NCBI GenBank assembly: GCA_019248165.1
Contig: JAEHHB010000002.1
Location: 1 to 41,384, forward strand
DNA: 41,384 nucleotides
Reading direction: 5' to 3'
Source: Candidatus Shapirobacteria bacterium S2_F12
GTDB lineage: Bacteria > Patescibacteriota > Microgenomatia > UBA12405
The notes under the pieces are model-generated. The model was not told the DNA's origin. It did not search any database and saw only the letters and a list, made by a program, of their open reading frames with translations. This document shows, one piece after another, positions 1-9,076 of the stretch; within the stretch, counting starts at the first letter, position 1; the number at the start of each line of letters is the position of its first letter. A program made the translations under genes and the position numbers.

Positions 1-147
1 ACAGCCGACTTAAGCTATGTCAAATCAAGATTAGATGCTGGAGCTGATATCAATTGTGGAGTTGAAGGAGACCTGAACATGGATGGGGTAGTCAACTCAA
101 TTGATCTTGCTTTAGTTAAACAGACATTAAGAGAGCGTGATAATTAG
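1..147 (+). CDS. 3' end of a secreted protein with a dockerin-like Ca-binding repeat; the 5' end lies outside the window
   Basis: Frame 1 is open from base 1 to TAG at 145-147. The translation ...VEGDLNMDGVVNSIDLALVKQTLRERDN* fits the dockerin repeat pattern D-x-N-x-D-G-x-V-N-x-x-D-x-x-L-x-K. Confidence 0.5.
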   Translation, partial: TADLSYVKSRLDAGADINCGVEGDLNMDGVVNSIDLALVKQTLRERDN

Positions 148-176
148 TGATTGGTTTGTTGATGTAGAAAGTAATA

Positions 177-205
177 TTGTAAATTGTGGCTAGCTCTGCT
201 TTAAT
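177..205 (+). promoter_or_regulatory. Putative dnaX promoter: -35 TTGTAA, 17-nt spacer, extended -10 TGCTTTAAT
   Basis: TTGTAA at 177-182 and TGCTTTAAT at 197-205. Only 6 nt separate the -10 from the ATG at 212, and there is no SD. Confidence 0.4.
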
Positions 206-211
206 CTATTA

Positions 212-1744
212 ATGTCAGTTTTTCATCTTAAATATCGACCGACTAAAATTTCAGAACTAGATTTGGTTGAAGTAGCCGATACATTAAGAAATTTTTTAAA
301 GTCAAACGATATTCCTCAATCATTTTTGTTTTCTGGCCCAAAGGGGTCCGGTAAGACTTCGGCAGCAAGAATTCTAGCAAGAGCTATTAATTGCCAAGAG
401 AGGAAAGACGGCGAACCTTGTAATAAATGTTCGAATTGTCAAGAAATTTTGAGTGGTGGGTCAATAGATATTATCGAGATGGATGCGGCATCTAATCGAG
501 GGATTGAAGATGTTAGAGGCTTAAAAGAAAAAGCTTATTTATCACCTGGGAAATTAAAGTATAAGATTTTTATTATTGACGAAGTTCACATGATGACCAA
601 GGAGGCGTTCAATGCTTTATTGAAATTGATTGAAGAACCTCCATCACATACTATTTTTATTCTATGTACTACAGATGTATCCAAGATTCCTGAAACAGTA
701 ATGTCGAGACTCATAAAAGTTGATTTTCGTAAGGGTGACAAAAAGGCGCTAAAGGCTTCATTGACAAAAATTATTGAAGGTGAAAAAATTGAAATAGACG
801 AGAAAACGATAGATTTTATTTTGAATAAAAGTGATGGTAGTTTTAGAAATTTGCAAAAGAATTTTAATGAGTTAGTTTTAAGTCTTGGTAAAAGCATCAA
901 ATACGAAGATCTTGTTAGTTTTTATATTAATAAAAGCGGTGATTATAATGAGGTTGAATTTGAAGAAGACTTGTCGGTTGGAGATATTAAAAAAATATTA
1001 GAAAGGTTGGAGAAGATGGCGATAGACGGAGTTGATTTTGTTGATTTTAGACAAAACCTAATGGAATATTTTATGAAAAAATTATTGTTAATATTTGATG
1101 TCGGAGTTGGTAAAAAGTCTGATTTGGGGGTGGCCCAATTAGAGTCCCTGATTACACTTTTGATCCGAGCAGCCAAACAAGAAAAAGAGACTGATATTGA
1201 CCAATTACCATTAGAACTGGCAGTTATTGACTTTATTGATAATAATAAAAAAAATCCATTAGTTAAACCAAAAGATGAAGTAAAAGCAGAAATAAAAGAA
1301 GAAAAAGAAGTTGAAGATAATGTTGTGGCGACAGTCAATTGTGAGGAACCCTTGGTCTTGGAAGTAACAGGTATGGATTTGGAAAAAATTATAAATTCTT
1401 GGGGAAATATATTATTAACAATAAAACCGTTCAACCATTCAGTGGAGGCTTTTTTGAGAGCCTCACGGCCGATAAAATTTGTTAATAGAAAATTAACCCT
1501 TGAGGTATTTTATCCGTTTCATAAAGATAGATTGGAAGAACCGAAAAATAAAAAAATAGTTGAAGATGGTTTGTTTCGAGTTTTTGGAGTTGAGTTGATG
1601 TTTGAATGTGTTTTAGGCAAAAGCCGGAAGGCACCTTTGATTATCCAAAATGATACTCCAGTAGAAAATGTTAGTGATCAGTTAACGGACAAAAAAGTTG
1701 ATAATAAGGATTTGTATGACGTTGCAAAAGATATTTTCGGATGA
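212..1744 (+). CDS. dnaX: DNA polymerase III subunit gamma/tau
   Basis: Walker A GPKGSGKTS, Zn module CNKCSNC, DEVHM box and SRL sensor. It sits in the conserved dnaX-ybaB-recR order and ends in TGA. Confidence 0.9.
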   Translation: MSVFHLKYRPTKISELDLVEVADTLRNFLKSNDIPQSFLFSGPKGSGKTSAARILARAINCQERKDGEPCNKCSNCQEILSGGSIDIIEMDAASNRGIEDVRGLKEKAYLSPGKLKYKIFIIDEVHMMTKEAFNALLKLIEEPPSHTIFILCTTDVSKIPETVMSRLIKVDFRKGDKKALKASLTKIIEGEKIEIDEKTIDFILNKSDGSFRNLQKNFNELVLSLGKSIKYEDLVSFYINKSGDYNEVEFEEDLSVGDIKKILERLEKMAIDGVDFVDFRQNLMEYFMKKLLLIFDVGVGKKSDLGVAQLESLITLLIRAAKQEKETDIDQLPLELAVIDFIDNNKKNPLVKPKDEVKAEIKEEKEVEDNVVATVNCEEPLVLEVTGMDLEKIINSWGNILLTIKPFNHSVEAFLRASRPIKFVNRKLTLEVFYPFHKDRLEEPKNKKIVEDGLFRVFGVELMFECVLGKSRKAPLIIQNDTPVENVSDQLTDKKVDNKDLYDVAKDIFG

Positions 1745-1809
1745 ATTTCTAATGTCTAATGTCTAATTTCTAAGATATAATAAGTTCAGGTTATTTTTTA
1801 AAATAAAAT

Positions 1810-2058
1810 ATGTTTGATAAAGCAAAAATGTTAGCCCAGGCTTATAAATTAAAAAAGGCTGTTGAAGCTGAGATTGTTGAAATCGAAGAAAATGGAATTA
1901 AAATAAAAGTTAGTGGGGATCAAAAAATAAAGGATTTGTCTGTAAATGGGATGGAAAATAAAGTTTTGGTTGAGGTAATCAATAAAGCCATGAAAAAATC
2001 TCAAGAAATGGCAGCAAAAAGAATGAAGGATATGGGAGGCCTGGAAGGTTTGTTTTAA
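1810..2058 (+). CDS. ybaB: YbaB/EbfC family nucleoid-associated protein
   Basis: 82 aa lying between dnaX and recR. It has the typical N-terminal MLAQAYKLKKA helix and the C-terminal GLEGLF. Confidence 0.8.
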   Translation: MFDKAKMLAQAYKLKKAVEAEIVEIEENGIKIKVSGDQKIKDLSVNGMENKVLVEVINKAMKKSQEMAAKRMKDMGGLEGLF

Positions 2059-2084
2059 AATTTCTGATGTCTAATATCTAAAAA

Positions 2085-2705
2085 ATGGCGGAATTTCCAA
2101 AGGGAGTAAAAAACTTAATAAACGCGTTTGAGAGGTTGCCTGGTATTGGCCCAAAAGGAGCGACAAGATTAGTTTTTTATTTATTAAACACTCCCAAAGT
2201 ATATGTCGAAGATCTGGCGACTTGTCTTGTCAAAATGAAAACTGATGTAAAAATTTGCAAAACATGTTTTTCGGTAAGCGAACAAGATATTTGTTCAATA
2301 TGTAGAGATTCTAACCGAAATATACGACAAATTTGCGTTGTTGAAAAAGCTATTGACGTCATGATTATTGAAAACATGGGAGGGTATAAGGGTGTTTATC
2401 ATGTACTTGGGGGGGTGGTAAATCCTTTAGAGCATGTTGGCCCTGATGATCTTAGAATCGATGAATTGATTCAAAGAGTAAAGAGCTTTTTGACAAATAG
2501 TGATATGTCTGGTGATTTTGAAATTATTCTGGCAACAAATCCCACCATGGAGGGTGAGGCGACTGCCTTGCATATTAAAAAAAGACTCGAGGGTCTAAAA
2601 ATTAAAATATCTCGGATTGGTAGTGGTCTACCAATTGGGGCTGATTTGGAATACGCTGATCAAGCAACATTAAGTAGGGCGCTGGAGGGGAGAAAAGATA
2701 TCTAG
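2085..2705 (+). CDS. recR: Recombination protein RecR
   Basis: HhH motif LPGIGPKGATRL, C4 zinc finger CKTCFSVSEQDICSIC and a Toprim region. Confidence 0.95.
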   Translation: MAEFPKGVKNLINAFERLPGIGPKGATRLVFYLLNTPKVYVEDLATCLVKMKTDVKICKTCFSVSEQDICSICRDSNRNIRQICVVEKAIDVMIIENMGGYKGVYHVLGGVVNPLEHVGPDDLRIDELIQRVKSFLTNSDMSGDFEIILATNPTMEGEATALHIKKRLEGLKIKISRIGSGLPIGADLEYADQATLSRALEGRKDI

Positions 2706-2724
2706 AATGATAAAATAAATTAAT

Positions 2725-3270
2725 ATGGGAGACGATAAAATTTTTAAGGGTTTGGTAAGAGGCTTGGGTCAGTTGGGTGTTGAGACGGTTGAAAGGGCGA
2801 CTGAAGAAGGTCAAAAAATGGTTGAGACTATCATAACTGGGAAAGAACTTTTGGGATTAGAAAGGACGATGTCTGATTCTCAACTGGAGCAAGTCAGAAA
2901 ACAGGAAGAAATAAAAAGTCAGCAAGAAATAAATAAACTGAGAGGGGAAGTGTCTGGCGATCAGGGTGGTAAAGATAAAAAAAATAAAGACCGCCCGAGA
3001 AATGTAGAGGAAGAACTGACCGAACTTAGGAGACAAAGAGAAAAACAAGAAGAAGAAAAAGAGAGGTATTATCAACAACAAGCAGAAAAACAAAGGCAAG
3101 AGAGAGAAAAACAGCAGTCTGAATATTTCGATATAACAACAGAATCAACAAACCCGTCGAAACAAAAAAAGAGTCGGGGTAGTGCCTTTGCTAATAAAAG
3201 AAAACACAAACCTGACACCGACCAAGTATCCGCAACTCAAGAGTTTAATAAGGGTGGTAAAATAGATTAA
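2725..3270 (+). CDS. Hypothetical, highly charged (K/E/Q-rich) coiled-coil protein
   Basis: Long ORF in the operon direction. I recognise no family; the composition is low-complexity and charged. Confidence 0.5.
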   Translation: MGDDKIFKGLVRGLGQLGVETVERATEEGQKMVETIITGKELLGLERTMSDSQLEQVRKQEEIKSQQEINKLRGEVSGDQGGKDKKNKDRPRNVEEELTELRRQREKQEEEKERYYQQQAEKQRQEREKQQSEYFDITTESTNPSKQKKSRGSAFANKRKHKPDTDQVSATQEFNKGGKID

Positions 3271-3278
3271 AATATTGT

Positions 3279-4658
3279 ATGAACAAAATATTTTTGTACA
3301 ACACGGCAACAAGAAAAAAAGAAGAATTTAAACCCGTAAAAGATGGGGAAGTGGGTATTTATTCTTGTGGTCCAACTGTCTATTGGAACCAACACATCGG
3401 ACATATGTATGCCTATACACAATGGGGGACACTGGTAAATTTTTTACGTTATGTTGGATATAAGGTTAAATGGGTAATGAATTTGACTGATGTGGGACAC
3501 TTAACTTCAGATGCTGATACTGGTGAAGATAAAATGGAAAAGGGGGCTAAAAGGGAAGGTTTGAGCCCTTGGGAGATCGCAAAAAAATACGAAAAGCAGT
3601 TTACTGAAAGCTTAGAGCTGTTTAACGTTCATTTTCCTGATGTGTTGTGTAGGGCGACAGAGCATATAGAGGATCAGATAAACTTGGCCAAAAAAATTGA
3701 TAATAACGGTTTTGCATATAAAACAAACACTGGTCTGGTTTTTGATACTTCAAAGTTTACTGAATATGCGAGTTTTGCTAATTTAAAATTGGACGAGATG
3801 GATTCAGGTGCAAGAGTAAAGGTCGATGAGGATAAAAAAAATGCTTGGGATTTTTTGTTATGGGTGACAAACCAACCAAATCATATAATGAAATGGAGTT
3901 CTCCTTGGGGCGAGGGTTTCCCTGGTTGGCATTTAGAGTGTACTGCAATGTCAACAAAGTATTTAGGTCAAACGTTTGATATCCATACCGGCGGGGTTGA
4001 ACATATTGGTGTTCATCATACTAACGAGATAGCTCAAGGTTTTGGTGCTTTTGGTCACCAAACTGCAAATTATTGGATGCACAACGCTTGGTTAGTTTTA
4101 AAGGGGGGAGAAAAGATGAGTAAAAGCTTGGGTAATGGATACACCGCTCAACAACTAGTTGAAATGGGGTATGATCCTTTAGCACATAAGTATCTGGTTC
4201 TAACTTCTCATTACCGAAAGGGTTTGGAATTTTCTTTAGAATCGTTAAAATCGTCTGAGGTGGCATTGTTTAAATTAAGAGGATTGCTAAATGATTGGCC
4301 CAATGGTGGACAAATAGACAAAGATTACAAAAATAAATTTATTGAATTGTTGTCAAACGACTTATCTACTTCCGAAGCTTTGGCTCTAACATGGAAAATA
4401 GCCAAAGACGAGAAAATTAAAAATGAAGACAAAAAAGCAACCATTCTCGATTTTGATACAGTATTAGGCCTGAAACTCGACCAAAAAACTGTCCAAGAGT
4501 TAATTCCTGAAAAAATTCTTGAGTTAGTCGAGAGAAGAAAACAAGCAAGAGAAACCAAAAACTGGGAGGAATCTGATAGGTTAAGAAAAATGATTGAAGA
4601 TAATGGTTATCTGGTTGAAGATTCCCAAAATTCCTGTAAAATAAGAAAAATAAAGTGA
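3279..4658 (+). CDS. cysS: Cysteine--tRNA ligase
   Basis: Class I motifs HIGH (HIGHMYAY) and KMSKS (KMSKSLGN), plus CGPTVY and WHLEC cysteine/zinc motifs. Ends in TGA. Confidence 0.95.
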   Translation: MNKIFLYNTATRKKEEFKPVKDGEVGIYSCGPTVYWNQHIGHMYAYTQWGTLVNFLRYVGYKVKWVMNLTDVGHLTSDADTGEDKMEKGAKREGLSPWEIAKKYEKQFTESLELFNVHFPDVLCRATEHIEDQINLAKKIDNNGFAYKTNTGLVFDTSKFTEYASFANLKLDEMDSGARVKVDEDKKNAWDFLLWVTNQPNHIMKWSSPWGEGFPGWHLECTAMSTKYLGQTFDIHTGGVEHIGVHHTNEIAQGFGAFGHQTANYWMHNAWLVLKGGEKMSKSLGNGYTAQQLVEMGYDPLAHKYLVLTSHYRKGLEFSLESLKSSEVALFKLRGLLNDWPNGGQIDKDYKNKFIELLSNDLSTSEALALTWKIAKDEKIKNEDKKATILDFDTVLGLKLDQKTVQELIPEKILELVERRKQARETKNWEESDRLRKMIEDNGYLVEDSQNSCKIRKIK

Positions 4659-4696
4659 TTGTTAAATCAATTATATTATGTTAATCTATTGAGTTC

Positions 4697-4984
4697 ATGA
4701 AAGGCAACAAAAATCAATATCAAATAATCTTAGTAATAAATCCTAAGATTGAAGACAAAGAAACTATTTTAAAAAAGGTTACGACTTGGTTTGAAACAAA
4801 AAAAATCGAGTTTGACCAGACTCATTTAGGCTTAAAAGAATTGGCTTATGAGGTTGAAAAAAACAATAAGGGAGATTTTTGGTCTCTTGAGGTATCTTCC
4901 GAATCTCCGATAAATTTAAAAGAATTTAATCTTTTATTAAACAGAGAAGTAAGTATTATTAGATATTTAATATTAAAAGTTTAA
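4697..4984 (+). CDS. rpsF: 30S ribosomal protein S6
   Basis: 95 aa with an S6-like sequence (YQIILVINP...LAYEV). It sits in the conserved rpsF-ssb-rpsR order. Confidence 0.85.
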   Translation: MKGNKNQYQIILVINPKIEDKETILKKVTTWFETKKIEFDQTHLGLKELAYEVEKNNKGDFWSLEVSSESPINLKEFNLLLNREVSIIRYLILKV

Positions 4985-5027
4985 GAAATATGGAGGGATC
5001 CCCGTAATTGCGGGGTAAATAAATCAT

Positions 5028-5552
5028 ATGCCTAGTAGATGTCTTAATAGGGTAACTTTAATTGGTAATTTAACTCGTGACCCAGAGTTAAGGTATACTC
5101 CCGGTGGTATGGCTGTTGCGTCATTTGGACTAGCCACTAATCGAGTTTGGGTAACCAAACAGGGAGAAAGAAAAGAAGACGCTCAGTTTCATAGAATAGT
5201 AGCTTGGAATAAGTTGGGCGAACTTTGTTCTCAATTGTTGTCAAAAGGTAGAAGGGTTTATGTTGACGGCAGAATTCAGTATAGAGAGTTTATGGATGCC
5301 GAGAATAACAAAAAACAAATTTCTGAGATTGTTATTGACGACATGATCATTTTGGATAATAAAGGTAACAATGGCGAACATATGGCTGTTGAGGGAGCTG
5401 ACTTAGCTGTTGGCGAAGCTCCTACCGAGGTAACTCCGGATGTAGTTTCTGAATCTGGGAACATTGAAGATATCGTAATTCCAGATGATATTGATGCTGA
5501 TCAAGCACCTAAAAATACTGAAGAAGCTAAAAATGATGAAATGCCATTTTAA
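5028..5552 (+). CDS. ssb: Single-stranded DNA-binding protein
   Basis: OB-fold N-terminus NRVTLIGNLTRDPELRYTPGG and an acidic tail ending DEMPF. Confidence 0.9.
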   Translation: MPSRCLNRVTLIGNLTRDPELRYTPGGMAVASFGLATNRVWVTKQGERKEDAQFHRIVAWNKLGELCSQLLSKGRRVYVDGRIQYREFMDAENNKKQISEIVIDDMIILDNKGNNGEHMAVEGADLAVGEAPTEVTPDVVSESGNIEDIVIPDDIDADQAPKNTEEAKNDEMPF

Positions 5553-5560
5553 TAAAAATT

Positions 5561-5812
5561 ATGATGAAAAAGAGTAAAAAAGACAACTTGTTAATTGCAA
5601 AAAGAAAAGGTAAAGAGAGAGGCTGTTCTTTTTGTAAAACAAAAACAACTCCACGTTGGGAAGATTATGAAAAATATGGAGAATTTCTATCTCCTCGTGG
5701 TCGAATAATTGGTTCTCAATTTAGTGGTAGTTGTGCTAAGCATCAGAGAAAACTGTCTTCAGCTATAAAACAAGCAAGGCATTTAGCTTTAATGCCTTTT
5801 TTGACTAAGTAA
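5561..5812 (+). CDS. rpsR: 30S ribosomal protein S18
   Basis: S18 signature ...FLSPRGRIIGSQFSGSCAKHQRKLSSAIKQARHLALMPF. Confidence 0.9.
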   Translation: MMKKSKKDNLLIAKRKGKERGCSFCKTKTTPRWEDYEKYGEFLSPRGRIIGSQFSGSCAKHQRKLSSAIKQARHLALMPFLTK

Positions 5813-5821
5813 AATAAAATT

Positions 5822-5860
5822 GCCCCCTTAAGACTATGTTTGGTTTTGAGGGGGTTTATT
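5822..5860 (+). terminator. Hairpin plus T-run after rpsR
   Basis: CCCCCT at 5823-5828 pairs with AGGGGG at 5849-5854, followed by TTTATT. The 20-nt loop is long. Confidence 0.45.
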
Positions 5861-5877
5861 GGTTATAATTAAAAATA

Positions 5878-6624
5878 ATGAAAACCAAGATAACTGCAAA
5901 ATGGATTATAAAGTTCCCCAGTGATTCTGAAATTATGGTTAAAACTGGAGAGATAGTTGAACCAGGCCAGGTTGTTATTAGAACTGATTTAAGAAGAATT
6001 GAATCTATTAATTTATCAAATTTTTTTGGTAAATTTAGTGATAAAAAAATTAAAGAAATAAATCAAAAACTGGTTGGGGCGTGGGTAAATAGCGGGGAGC
6101 TAATGTGTCTGGCTGGCGGATTGTTTCCAAAGAAAATTTGTTTTCCTATGAGTGGTAATTTTTTAGAAATTGATGAATTTGGATACCTAAAAATTGAGGT
6201 GAAAGAAGACAAAAAAAGAGAGATTACCACTCCAGTTCGGAGTGTGGTTTCAAAAATTGATAGTGATAAATTGGTGTTAGAATTTAAGGCTCGTGAATTT
6301 AAAGGAAAAGGGTTGGTAGCGGGGAAATCTTGGGGGGAGAGTGATTTTAGGCTAATCAATGATTCTAAGGATTTGAATTCCAGTCTTAATGATAAAGTTT
6401 TATTTACCCAAAACTTAACTAATAGTTTTTTGTTAAAGGCTGAAGTGGTTGGGGTAGCCGGTGTGGTTACAGATACAGATGTAAACGAAGACGATTTGAC
6501 TACTGGACTACCATTATTGAAACTAGACAAAAACTTATGGGAAAAACTATTAAAATTCCAAGGCTCTAGCAAAAAAATATTAATTAATTCTCGACTTGAA
6601 AGATTATTATTAGTGTTAGAATAA
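5878..6624 (+). CDS. Hypothetical protein occupying the position after rpsR
   Basis: 248-aa ORF that is co-directional and tightly packed with the downstream protease gene. I recognise no family. Confidence 0.5.
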   Translation: MKTKITAKWIIKFPSDSEIMVKTGEIVEPGQVVIRTDLRRIESINLSNFFGKFSDKKIKEINQKLVGAWVNSGELMCLAGGLFPKKICFPMSGNFLEIDEFGYLKIEVKEDKKREITTPVRSVVSKIDSDKLVLEFKAREFKGKGLVAGKSWGESDFRLINDSKDLNSSLNDKVLFTQNLTNSFLLKAEVVGVAGVVTDTDVNEDDLTTGLPLLKLDKNLWEKLLKFQGSSKKILINSRLERLLLVLE

Positions 6625-6627
6625 ATA

Positions 6628-7845
6628 ATGCGTTTAAAAAATATAAGAAATTTGTTCTTAGGGTTAGCGGTATTGGCTGTTGTATCGCTAGTTAGTTATA
6701 AGGTTGGTCAAGGAAATAAGATAATTCCTTCAACTTTGGGGCAGTTTGATTTGTCTTTGATGTGGAAAGTAAAGGAAAAATTGTCAACTGATTTTCTAGA
6801 AAAAGACAACATTGATAATGAAAAAATGAAATACGGAGCAATCCAAGGGATGGTTGCTGCCCTTGACGATCCTTATACTGTTTTTTTGCCACCTGAAGAA
6901 AATAAAAGTGCCAACGAAGACTTGGCCGGAGAGTTTGGGGGGGTTGGTATTTCTTTGGGGTACAGCAAAGATGGGGTCTTGTCGGTGATGTCACCTTTGT
7001 CGGAAACACCAGCAGATAAGGCGGGAATTAAGGCTGGTGATTTAATTTTAAAAATTGTTGATACAAAAAATAATGTTGATAGAGACACAAACGGGATTAG
7101 TTTGACTGAGGCGGTAAATTTGATTCGAGGGGATATTGGAACTGAGGTAACTTTGACTATGTATAGAGAAAGTAACCAAAAAAGGTTTGAAGTGGTTTTA
7201 AAAAGGGATAATATTGAAGTTCCTGGAGTTGAATTAAAGTGGTTAGAAATTAAAGATAAAAAAATTGCTTGGATAAAAATGTCTAAATTTAGCGAAGATT
7301 TATTTACAAAGTGGAACGATATTGTCGTTAAAATTAATAATGAGAAAAAAACTTTGGGTAATAGTTATGGTGGAATTATCCTTGATTTAAGAAACAACCC
7401 TGGTGGCTATTTGCAAGCTAGTGTTGTAGTCGCGTCTGATTTTATTAAAGAAGGGGTGATTGTTAAGCAACAATCGACCAAGGGGATAACTGAAGTCTAT
7501 AATGTCGAAAAAAACAGAGGAAATCTTTTGGATGACAAGTTAGTAGTTTTGGTTAATGGAGGGAGTGCCTCAGCTTCTGAAATTTTAGCAGGGGCTCTAC
7601 ACGATTATAATCGAGCTAAATTAGTAGGAGTAAAAACTTTTGGAAAAGGAACAGTGCAACAACCAGAAGATTTTAGTGATGGGAGTGGATTACATTTAAC
7701 TATAGCCAAGTGGCTACTTCCCAATGGCAAAAACATTCACAAAGAGGGAATCGTCCCGGATGTTGAAATAAAAGAAGCAACTGACTCGGGTGATATAGAT
7801 TTACAACTCGAGAAAGCAAAAGAAGTTATTTTGGGTAATAATTAG
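6628..7845 (+). CDS. ctpA: S41 family carboxyl-terminal processing peptidase with PDZ domain
   Basis: N-terminal TM segment, PDZ region (GVGISLG...AGIKAGDLILKI) and S41 core (NGGSASASEILAGAL, GTVQ). Confidence 0.9.
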   Translation: MRLKNIRNLFLGLAVLAVVSLVSYKVGQGNKIIPSTLGQFDLSLMWKVKEKLSTDFLEKDNIDNEKMKYGAIQGMVAALDDPYTVFLPPEENKSANEDLAGEFGGVGISLGYSKDGVLSVMSPLSETPADKAGIKAGDLILKIVDTKNNVDRDTNGISLTEAVNLIRGDIGTEVTLTMYRESNQKRFEVVLKRDNIEVPGVELKWLEIKDKKIAWIKMSKFSEDLFTKWNDIVVKINNEKKTLGNSYGGIILDLRNNPGGYLQASVVVASDFIKEGVIVKQQSTKGITEVYNVEKNRGNLLDDKLVVLVNGGSASASEILAGALHDYNRAKLVGVKTFGKGTVQQPEDFSDGSGLHLTIAKWLLPNGKNIHKEGIVPDVEIKEATDSGDIDLQLEKAKEVILGNN

Positions 7846-7897
7846 AATAAATTAATTTATAATTTATTAATTATTTGTTAATAGTGGTTTAAACAAT

Positions 7898-9028
7898 ATG
7901 AAAACACAAAAAATTAGATCATTATTTTTGGTTTTGGTTTTGATTTTTATTTTAGTAGGCGGGGGAGTTGTGGTTGGTGTATTGGTGAGTAAAAATTTTG
8001 TTAAACCGACAGTTGAGATACAGACGAAAACTGAAGTTGTTGATGAGGAAACGGTTGTAACCAGGGTGGTGGAAAAGGCAAATCAAAGTGTGGTGACGGT
8101 AGCTATTAGTAAAGATGTAAGTGATAGTTCGGTCGATTTATTTAGACAAATGTTTGGTTTTAAAGAAGAAAAAGTGTCGACAACAAATATTGAAAGAGAC
8201 ATCGGAACCGGGTTTATTATTAGTGAGGATGGCTTAATTGTTACTAATAAACATGTGGTGTCTGATATGTTGGCTAAGTACAAAGTAATAATAGGAAAAG
8301 ACGAAACGGTTGATGTAGTTAATATTTATCGTGACCCGATAAACGATTTAGCCATAATTAAGATAAATAAAGCACAGTTGAAGCCGGTAGAAATGGGAGA
8401 TTCAGATAAACTGAAGGTTGGACAGACAGTAATTGCAATCGGGACAGCTTTGGGAGAGTTTCGATCAACAGTAACAAAAGGGGTAATTTCTGGTCTTGGT
8501 AGAGGTATAACTGCTGGTGGTTTTGGGGTTGTTACAGAAAAGCTTGAGGATGTAATTCAGGTTGATGCGGCAATAAATTCTGGTAATTCTGGAGGGCCCT
8601 TGTTTGATTCGTCAGGTAAGGTGATTGGAGTAAATGTGGCCGTGTCACAAAATGGTCAAAATATTGGGTTTGCTTTACCTATAAACTTAGTTAAACAGTC
8701 GGTAGACAATTTTAAAGTTACTGGTGAGTTTGACCGGCCATATCTGGGAATAAGCTATCAAATGATTTCCAAAGAGGCGGCACTTTTAAATAATGTCCCT
8801 GCAGGAGCATATATTCAAGCGATATTGGAAAACAGCCCGGCACAAAAATCTGGCCTAAAGGTTGGAGATATTATTACTGAAATAGACGGGAATAAATTAA
8901 TTGAAATGAAGGATGTGTCTGTTGTCTCGATTGTTAATCAAAAGAAAATAGGGGAATCTTTAAAGATAAAATACTATCGTGAAAAAAAAGAAGCTGAATT
9001 AAGTATTGTATTAGAGAAAAAGAACTGA
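7898..9028 (+). CDS. htrA: HtrA/DegP-type trypsin-like serine protease with C-terminal PDZ
   Basis: Catalytic motifs VTNKHV, DLAIIK and GNSGGPL, followed by a PDZ region (SGLKVGDIITEIDG). Confidence 0.9.
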   Translation: MKTQKIRSLFLVLVLIFILVGGGVVVGVLVSKNFVKPTVEIQTKTEVVDEETVVTRVVEKANQSVVTVAISKDVSDSSVDLFRQMFGFKEEKVSTTNIERDIGTGFIISEDGLIVTNKHVVSDMLAKYKVIIGKDETVDVVNIYRDPINDLAIIKINKAQLKPVEMGDSDKLKVGQTVIAIGTALGEFRSTVTKGVISGLGRGITAGGFGVVTEKLEDVIQVDAAINSGNSGGPLFDSSGKVIGVNVAVSQNGQNIGFALPINLVKQSVDNFKVTGEFDRPYLGISYQMISKEAALLNNVPAGAYIQAILENSPAQKSGLKVGDIITEIDGNKLIEMKDVSVVSIVNQKKIGESLKIKYYREKKEAELSIVLEKKN

Positions 9029-9041
9029 AAGGCGGGGAAAA

Positions 9042-9069
9042 TTGATTATAAATTAAATTTTGATATACT
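9042..9069 (+). promoter_or_regulatory. Promoter: -35 TTGATT, 16-nt spacer, extended -10 TGATATACT, abutting the start codon
   Basis: TTGATT at 9042-9047 and TGATATACT at 9061-9069. The ATG at 9077 is 7 nt downstream, with no SD. Confidence 0.45.
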
Positions 9070-9076
9070 GGTTTGT

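Noticed and set aside
586-1434. Antisense ORFs inside dnaX (586-900, 943-1434). Similar antisense ORFs lie inside other strong genes: 6063-6572, 14325-14948, 25654-27831, 28365-28760, 35875-36321 and 37217-37486.
   Set aside because: Each lies wholly within a confidently identified gene on the opposite strand. Their products are low-complexity and S/F/L/I-rich, typical of shadow frames in AT-rich DNA. They have no start signals or family resemblance.
212-4658. Possible stop-codon reassignment (UGA as a sense codon, as in some CPR relatives), prompted by the odd release factor.
   Set aside because: dnaX (TGA at 1742-1744), cysS (4656-4658) and the epimerase-like gene (12132-12134) end at TGA exactly where homologues end. 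No conserved gene needs read-through. The standard code fits.
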